Below, piece after piece: positions 55,051 to 64,000 of a DNA stretch of 64,000 nt. The notes beneath the pieces are model-generated. The model ran no database searches, was not told the DNA's origin, and saw nothing but the letters and a program-made list of their open reading frames with translations. The translations under genes and the position numbers were made by a program. Source of the stretch: the human T2T-CHM13v2.0 reference genome, Homo sapiens. The DNA lies in NCBI RefSeq assembly GCF_009914755.1, contig NC_060931.1; one strand, written 5' to 3'. Within the stretch, counting starts at the first letter, position 1, and each line of letters begins with the position of its first letter.

Positions 55051-56785
55051 TGACAGTCCATTGCATTCATTTTTCTTTGGGATTTTCATTAAATCAGTAA
55101 ATGTTTTGCCATGCTTCTTGAAGATAAATTTTAGCCAGGCATTAGAGAAATATTTTTTCTTTTTGCTATTGTATTATTTTATTCTTGTTCTGTATTTTCT
55201 CTAATCTTACATTTCCATATTCTTAAGCTCTAGAACTTTCTAAAACTGGTCACAGAACTCTTGCTCTGAATATTTTAATTCTCTTTTTCATCTTCCTTTA
55301 ACCCACCATATCCTCATTTCAGTACTTAGAAAAGAGCATTGTTTCTTAGCATCTTGTAGTTTTTAACTGTCTTTACTTTCCTGTGATTATATCTTTTACA
55401 TGATTTTTTAAATTCAGACAACAAAAATCTTTCACTTCTCTCTGTTGAAAGATTTAAGTGGTTTGTTTACCAAGTTTGGACAAGTCTTCCATTTCTCTGA
55501 GTGTGTAAATTCAAGAAGAGGAGAGGAAAAAATATCACAGGGCTATTTACTTTCCACTTCTCTTTCTCACATCATCTTCCAATCTTCAGCAGCCATGGCC
55601 ATGACGAAGCTAAGTTAAAAAACTGAAAACCTAGTTGAAAGACCATTTTATACAAGACCATACTGACCCCTAAATAACCTTTAAATGAAACACCATAAAT
55701 CTTTTTTGTTTTACCAATAGCAGACAGAGTATTCTTGTTCCTATTTGAGAAGTAAGGGAAGTCCTAAGAGGTTATTTAGTACTCCCCTGAGGTGTTTTCT
55801 CTATCCTCTGCCTTTAGGAAACTGATACTGTTTGAATATTGGTCTAGTCCCTCCAGCTATTTAGACACCGGCTTTACACACGGAAGCTAATGGAACCCAC
55901 TTATTTAACTTGACAATTTAACCTCTTCACATGGACCTACTGTTTTTCTTACACTCATACGTTATATTCAACTCCTTTATACAACAAAATTCTTTTGATA
56001 TTCTCCGGTTTCATTAAAAGAAACCTGCTCCATAAGGATGGGACTTGTATTCCCTCCTTTCCTCCTCCTCCCCTTTCTTCTCCCCTTTCTCCTCCTCCCC
56101 CTCTTCACCTTCCTTCTCCTCTTCCTTTCTCCTCCTCCTTCCCCCTCCTTCTTCTCAGCATTTAATTTGATGCCTGCCTCTATTCTTGGCACATAGCAGA
56201 GCTCAATAAATGTTTATTTAATGATACTTTATGCTAGTAGTCTGCTAAGAGTTCCAAGTTTCCTACTACCCCAATCTGCTTCTTCTGTTGGTTTCATAAT
56301 ACTGAGTTATTCCTTTCTGAAATAGCTCAAAGAAACTCTTTCTAGGTAAAATTTTTCTTTGAAAATAAAACTTCCTTTCTGATAAATGTTTCCACTTTCG
56401 AAACCAATATTTTATCTAAGCCTGAGCAAAATTTCCTCTAGGCCATGCTTATAGGTATATAGTAATATTATTTTGTTTAAGCTGAATCTAATTAATCTGA
56501 AACACATGAACTTTTAAAGAGACCAGACTTTTTTGTTTATGCATATTATATATGTTAAAAGAAATTTTAGCCAGCTAAACATTGCATATGATTTAAACAG
56601 TATATTTTTTCCATATTAGGGATGGATTTAGTACAGTTTCCTCTTTTTACTTGACCCAATGTAAAAGATAAATGAACAAAGATGAAGAATAATATACCTC
56701 ATGAAACTAAGTAACATTCTGGATAATTTGCCATGCAATAGCCTTAGCCTTACTCAAAAGAGGAAGGAGAAGTACTACACTTAGG
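54566..56785. repeat. 140-bp inverted repeat pair (54566-54705 / 56646-56785)
   Basis: Manual reverse-complement alignment: ungapped, 4 mismatches; spacer 1940 bp. Confidence 0.95.
56052..56155. repeat. Polypyrimidine (CCT/CTT)-rich low-complexity tract
   Basis: Visible. Confidence 0.85.
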
Positions 56786-59269
56786 TGCCCACTTTCATCT
56801 GCTCTCTTACGTAGGGCTTAGCGTTCCCTCCTAATAGCACTACTTCTGCCTTAACAGTTACAGTGGACCTAAGCTCCCTAGCAGTGGGGATCTTCCACTT
56901 GTTTTTACCACCTTCTAGGGAGCTTAGAAAGAGAAGGTTTTGGCATCTTTCCCTGTCTTCAGCCTCCGGTGTCTCCCAAAGGGTACTACAGTTTCAGGCA
57001 GTACAAAGTAGTGGATAAGTATATTCAGTTTGGAGACAGTTGTGTCATTGTTAGTTTACCCTTAATATCTTCACCTTCATGAATTTAAAGATTTAGTGGG
57101 GTGTCCAACATCATCTAGTCTGATGCCTTTATTTTATAGTGAGGAGACTTACTAAGGGTAAAAACAGTCGTAGCTTATTATGTGGGTGACAGTGATCAGA
57201 GGTGACAGAAACAAGACTTTGAGTCTGAACACCTTGACAACCCATTATCAGTTTCATCAACCTACAATGAATACTTCTATGGAAGGTTCCACATGATTAT
57301 TTTCAATCTTAGACTTGTATTCCTTCTAAGAAAGATATGAGGCTATAAAAACTCTTTCTTTGTTATTCTTTCTGGTTTGTGTGGGACTTTTGATTCTGTT
57401 TTTCACCTCTGCTCTTCTGTTTCCCTGATGTTTTACAAAGGGATCTTACAATTTAGTGGTAAGATTTTGTTGGAAAGGCTGGATTCAAACATGAGCGACT
57501 GTCAAAACTTTAATGACAGGTATGAAATGACGCCAACCTATCAGAACATGTGTTGGCCATTGTATTGTTCTTTGGGTCCCTGCTGAGAATCAGTCCTGGT
57601 TCAATGAGTTACTCTAATCTTGAAAGCATCTACTTTCTTGCTTTCCAGATATTCTGGAAATATAATCTAGTCATTTTTCCTACTGAATTGCCTGTAAATG
57701 ATTAGGGTTTTCATTAATCATTGCAGTATCTACTTGGAGTAATGTATTTTTAAAAAATAATGGTGATGCTCATAAAAATATATCAACTTAATCTTGCAAC
57801 TTTACATGATTGAGAATAGTTAAAAATTAATTACACAATGAGTTTGTTCCCTGGAGATGTATGACAACTTCAAAAGCTGAAGAAAGTATGATGGATGAAC
57901 TCTTTTATAAAACGACATCAAAATCTGCTTCTTTCTTTTGCTTCCCCAATTCATAAGGTCATTAGGAAACTGTTGTCACGTTGAGTGCCAAATTTGCAAA
58001 AATTGTCTGTGCAATGTCTTTAGAGTAAGAAAAAAAGACAAATTAGAAAGCTGTATTTTGATGTCATCTCTCCTAATTCTGTCAAAGTGTTTTTCTTCCA
58101 AATAGCAGATTACTTCATCCTAAAGGCTTGATAACCATAAATGTAATCAGCTTTGCCACAAATGTTTTCAAAATGAAATGCCTTTTTTTTTTTTGGTTGT
58201 CTTTTTTGCTTTGTTTTTTTATCAGGGGAAAGTGGAGAGGAGAAGCAATTGGTGGTGAGTTGAGGAACTGGTGTTTTCTGAGACACTGAGCATTTCATAG
58301 TCCAGAGAAATTCACAATTAGGTGATAGAATGTGCTCCCAGACCACTGTCACTTACACTGGGAACGTGATGTCCTCCTGGGGAATGTTGGGAAGGCACTT
58401 GCAAAGCTATTTTAAGAGGCGTTTGGAACTGTGAGAGGACAGGGAAGTATAGGAGAACATGCCAGAAGCCTTGTTTGTAAATACTGTATTCTCTTTAGGG
58501 GCTACTCAGTGGCAAAATCAAACAGATATTTTGCCAGACAATAAAGCAGCTCATCTTTACTTCCTAAGAGAATTCCACACTCAGTGAAGATCAAAACTTA
58601 CAATGAAAACATTTTAATGAATCACAGAAAATCAGTTTTTCTGTTTGTTTGGTTGTTGGTTTTGTGTCTTTCCTGGTGTGAGCTCCCCAAGCTTACAGAT
58701 GAGCTGATGCTACTAGTTGGTACCAGTAATCCATCAGAAGACAGATGAAACTTTGTAAGAGAAACTGTATTTGATAAAGCTGAAAGCTAACTTGCTTCAA
58801 TCTTTTTAGAAAATGTTTTATTCATCTTCATAGAGACCCAAAGGAAAAATAATTTGGACAGGGATGGCAATTCTGTGACAGTTTATCATCCCTCCTTAGC
58901 AATGGACCAAAGAGAGAAACAAATAGGAAGTCAAAAATTTCCTCGTTTCCTGGTCTGTGACAACCCCAAAGATTCCAAAGAGAGTTGGAGAATAGCTTGC
59001 TTGCAAAAGTGAGCAGGTCTCACATACTCCCTTCAACTCCATCTCCTAAAAAGTAATTTAAATTTCAGGGGTATCATCTGTATAGCCACATAAAGAGGAC
59101 ATTGTCCATATTTAAAACTGAGAAATATCCATCATTCATATCAGTAACATTTTCATCTTATTATTCTGCTTTTTAAACTTACATTTCTGTCCCCCTGCAG
59201 TATTCAGTCAGTTGTATACCAAGAACGTGTAAGTGCTTTATAAGTGACAGATATTAATGCGCTAGAAAT

Positions 59270-59740
59270 GGTTATTTATTTATTCTTCAACATTTATTTC
59301 TGCAGACTTAGTTACATACAGGTACTATACTAGACATCTAGGATACAAAGGTGATTCATCATAATTCTAGCCTTTACAGTCTGTCCTGAGAGATTAGATG
59401 AGGAAAAAACAATGATATACAATACACAGGTGATAAATCAGAGACATTAAAACTCCTTGAATCACAGGGAAAAATTAGACTAACCCAGCTGGATCTTGGT
59501 TTAATAAAGCACTAGAGAGTCAATGGGGTCTTACTGGATTGAGGGGGGAAGAGGAAGAACTTAGCAGAAGAGGGTAGAGCATGTACCAACACATAGGAAT
59601 GGAACATTCAGAGTCCCGTACGTTATTCTCAGTAGCTACAGCCTAGGGTGGTTTTGGGGAAATGGAAAGGAAGGCTGAAACATAGATTAGGCCAGACTAT
59701 GAAAGAGTCAGTATGGCATCCAAAGGTCTATACCTATCCT
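59270..59740. mobile_element. L2 remnant
   Basis: ATTTATTCTTCAACATTTATT...AGGTACTATACTAGAC...GGCCAGACTATGAA. Confidence 0.5.
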
Positions 59741-60280
59741 GTTGGCTAGCATGAGCAAAATCTGTCATCGAAGGGAAACATTTTATGTTTAAATCATATG
59801 CCCTACACCATCCTATTTCATTTGACATTTACCTAAAAAGGTAGTAAAAAATCTGGGTAGAATCACAGGTAGATTGTTAGATTGGTCAAATGGCAACATC
59901 TAGCTTATGATGTCTGCCAAAATCATAGTACCTTGTGGTAAGGAAGTGGGTCCATGAAAACACCGAGTGATAGTTCTCTAGTTTTATGTGACTTCTCCCC
60001 ATTCATAACTTCAAATGGTCTGGGCTTTGGGTAAACAGTAGGCTCATTCATATGTGTACAGTAAAGCAAGTACCCAAAGCACTGAAAGAAGCCAAAAATA
60101 TACACCATTGCTTTCTGACTCCTCTTTGAGAAGAAGACTCAGATTCTTGCCACTAGTGTACTTCAAAGTGTAATTTCTTGTCGATCTAAGGCAAGGTGTG
60201 TGAAACACAGTGCCTGGACATCATCTGGTATGGATTTAGGAAACTTGATTTTATGTAGCGGTTCTAATTGAAAAATTCTG

Positions 60281-60590
60281 AGCCAGGCACAGTGGCTCAT
60301 GTCTGTAATCCCAGCACTTTGGGAGGCCAAGGCAGGTGGAGTATTTAAGCCCAGGAGTTCAAGACCAGTCTGGGCAACATAGGAAAACTCTTCTCTACAA
60401 AAAATACAAAAAAAAAATCTAGCCAGGTGTGGTGGTGCACACTTGTAGTCCTAGCTACCTGGGAGGCTGAGGGGGAGGATCATTTGAGCCCCCGGCAGGT
60501 CGAGGCTGCAGTGAGCTGTGATTGCACCACTGCACACTACCCTGAGCAACAGAGTGAGACCCTGTCTCAAAAAGAAAAAAGAAAATAATA
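60281..60590 (+). mobile_element. AluJ
   Basis: GCCAGGCACAGTGGCTCATGTCTGTAATCCC...GAGGCTGCAGTGAGCTGTGATTGCACC...GTCTC plus A-rich tail. Confidence 0.92.
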
Positions 60591-60694
60591 ATTCTATAGC
60601 CCATCATGCCTCAAACATACCTAGTGGATTAGGTGTCTCAGTTGGGGTTTCAGAATGTATGTCCACCACTTCATCTTTCTGTAAGATGTAGGCC

Positions 60695-60965
60695 AAAGGA
60701 TACAATGTAGCAAATATGTAGTTGAACAAGTCAAAAGATCTAATGTACAGCATGAGGACTATGGTTATTAACAGTGTATTGTATTCAGGCTTTTTATGAG
60801 TAGATTATAGCTGCTCTTGCCATAGGGGCAGTGAGACTGCATAACTCTGTGAGATGATGGCTATGTTAATTTATTCTACTATACTAACCATTTTATTATA
60901 TGTATATATCTTATAACATCATGTTGTATATCTTAAATATACACAATAAAATGTATTTTAAAAAT
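60695..60965 (+). mobile_element. L1MA-type 3' end
   Basis: GATCTAATGTACAGCATGAGGACTAT...TAACTCTGTGAGATGATGG...AACATCATGTTGTATA...AATAAA. Confidence 0.75.
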
Positions 60966-62477
60966 GCTTTGCTTAAAAAACCTTTACAATTTGCAAAGGA
61001 TTAATGTATCCATCACCTTATTCGCTTTTCACAAAAAAAAAAATCCCACAGGATAGTAACAACACATTGAGGAAATTTAGAATTGTCAATCTCTGGTGAC
61101 TTGTCCAAGGTGACACAGCTTGAATGAGAATCCAGATGGCCCAACTCTTATACTCTTGGGTTTTTCATCCTTCCTTACAGTGATAAGGATGAAATCTCAC
61201 TGTGCCATTGCCTGAAATACCCTGAGTGTCTGACAAAAGTTAACTGGCACCTCACCCACAATTAATTCTCCAGAGAAGTGAGTTAAGAGTGATGAGTCTA
61301 AACTTGTCTCTTGAATCAACTCACCCTCAAAGAACAGATAATTCATTGTGAAACTCAAAACCTCACTGACCATGCCTCAGAAGAATTATTCCATCTCCCT
61401 CCTAAGGAAACCAAGCGTTCTCTCAGAAAAGGAGATAAAGAAATTTCTGCTGCTGGATCTCTGTGAAGCAGTTCCCCCTTTTGGGAAACTTAGGGTTTTA
61501 TATATTTTTTAAATTTTACTTGAAAATGTCTTGTGATCAAATGTGTCCCCATTTTACATTTGAAGAAACAGATGTGAAGAGAAAAAGTTCTCTCTCCTGG
61601 GAGGCACTTTGATGGCTACCTTTGATTACCGAGAAAACCTCAGCTCGGGAATCTTTGGGAAGGCAGAACTGGAGGAAAACTCTCTCTAGGATTTTCAAAT
61701 CCTGAGGGTTGAACATCAGCTTTCTCCTGTGAGCCCTGAGGGGAGCTCTCTGGGATTTCCTGACAGACTCCACTTTCCTCAGGGCTGAATTAACAATTCC
61801 CATTCTTTTTGCTTCTTTCCCCTGGCTCTGCCAGATGTGTTACTTTGCCCTGCAATATTTAAGCAGGAGAATTTTACCTGGGAGCTGCCATGCCCATCGA
61901 GTCGTAGCTTAGTCCATGGACCCCTATCATGAAACCTAAGAAAGGCCTTATTGTCTTAAAATAGATAGGAGCCAAATTCCCCTCTTCCCTGTGATGTCTG
62001 CTAAACGTACATGTCCCTGCCCATTGCTGCGCTGGGGAAAGGAGAGATACCATACTTCTAAGCACCTTTCTGATTTAATCCTTGCTTCAGCCTATGGGAA
62101 GCAGTTGACCTGTTGTTGTTGGAAGCTGTGAGAATTCAGCGAGAAATATTTTAGCAGGTTTTCAGAAAGGAATTACATATGTGAATAGGAATAACATTTT
62201 TCAAGTCACACCAATCATCAGCATTCACCCTGTTGGGCAAAAGGTCTCTGTGGTGGGGAGTGAGTTTAAGAAATGAGGGATTGGCATTTTCAGCTCAGGC
62301 TGTGTGTTGATGAGCCCTGTGCCTCATGATTCCCCTTAATTTAACATGGAGGATGATCTATTTTATGTCTTTCAGTGGGAAACCCTAAGAAGAGTTATTC
62401 TTGTTAATAAAACGAGTCAGGAACTGCAAAAAGAATATTGGCGTGCTTGTTCCAATTAAAAGTAATTACCAATTCAA

Positions 62478-62782
<305 letters not shown>

Positions 62783-64000
62783 TCAAAAAAGAACTTTTCT
62801 ATCAATCATGTAGCTCAATTTGTACTGTCTCCATTTCTTCCAGAATTATTGTTCTTGAGTGTTGGTGCAAAATTCAGTATTGGTGGATAGGTGATTTCTG
62901 AGAGAAGGGCTGGCATTGTGAGGTTGCTTGCTCAGCCTTCACTGGATGGCTGGTGCTTGGTGAGTGGCTCTAAGAGCACTGGGGGAACCACTTCTTATGT
63001 AAGGGTCATTTGACTTTGAGCTCCTCTTGAGCTAAGGAAGAGAACAATCCCTTTATACTGGTTAACATTTACTGCTTTCACATTTTTTTCATCTATTGAT
63101 CCCTCTACAATCTGGGTGAGGTGGGCATTATTACTGATATCCAAATGAGGAACAAAAGTATTTAAGGGTTTCCCAATCTTAACTGAAAGTATAAGACAGA
63201 ACCAGGACACAAATCAACTTTTCCAACTCAGATGCACCACACCTTTCCACAAAGGGTGATTCTCAGGACATAACCCAATCCTGAGGTTTCTTCATTTCTA
63301 AAATGTGTAATACCAATGCCTGCAATTACTTTGAAAAATTACTCAAGAATAAAAAGAAATAAATTTGGAAACATTTTGTAAACACATAAATGCTATACAT
63401 ATGCGGTGTACTAAAATGATAATCACTATTTGCAATGATTTAGATTCAGATAGAACCTCCAACTCTATTCATTTGGTTTGTTTAGCTATTGCGGACTGTT
63501 GCGGGAATGTTGTTTTTTTCTCTATGTTGAGTATATTTTAAAATTATGTTTAAATTCGTTAGACTTAGTTATTCCTGTTGGACTCAGAGATATTTCACAA
63601 ATATAAAGCACAGACAGGCGACCTCAGCTGCCTCCTCTGTTGACTAGGATTTTCCAGGGAGGAATAGACTTCTCCCTGCTATAGCACACCTTACCACATT
63701 CAGCTGTTATTATTTTCTATCCATCTCCAGCATGAACTTTACAATTAATTATCCTACATATATTTTTTTCTAACCTGGGATCCTATGTCAAGGTTATTGC
63801 CAAATTATCAAGACAGCTGCTTCAAAACTGAGACAATACATTTCTAATCTTGGGAAGAGTTAAGAAATGTCTAGTAGTTTGCACTTAAATATGATTTCTG
63901 ACAGTTGTGACTTGTATCCTGAAGGTAACTAAAATGTAATCTAAGGAAAGGCGTGGGCACATGGACTCCGAACTATAACGTCACCATTAACACTTTTTCA

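Noticed and set aside
55977-56192. Basic Arg/Lys-rich 71-aa ORF
   Set aside because: Antisense reading of a CT-rich low-complexity tract
61800-62270. Candidate second exon of the island gene (acceptor-like CCAG 61834, TCAG 62090)
   Set aside because: No convincing paired donor or ORF; cannot be supported without transcript data

Overview
Primate (human-like) genomic DNA: AT-rich, dense in L1/L2/MIR/Alu/MaLR/DNA-transposon remnants, with no host protein-coding exon, RNA gene or CRISPR array that I can support. There are two landmarks. (1) A full-length, dead, + strand L1PA2-type LINE-1 at 4770-10823 with a 14-bp TSD, nested in an older L1M and next to an Hsmar2 mariner remnant; its 5' YY1 site is mutated and ORF0 is nearly intact. 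(2) A ~3-kb CpG island at ~42.3-45.3 kb holding an ATG-free, + strand 5' exon that ends at CAG|GTAAGG (43103), followed by what looks like a long first intron. The gene cannot be named from this sequence; from memory the layout resembles the distal non-coding first exon of SEMA6D, which is unverified. The most unusual structures are DNA-repair template-switch scars. The clearest is a ~180-bp patchwork insertion at 54546-54729 made of a 16-mer copied from 1.46 kb upstream, a 140-bp inverted copy from ~2 kb downstream and a snap-back hairpin; related scars lie at 16.5, 48.7 and 54.96 kb. Non-B-DNA motifs (TA-rich VNTR, G4, Z-DNA tract) are stacked just upstream of the promoter. Repeat subfamily names come from remembered consensus sequences and are approximate.
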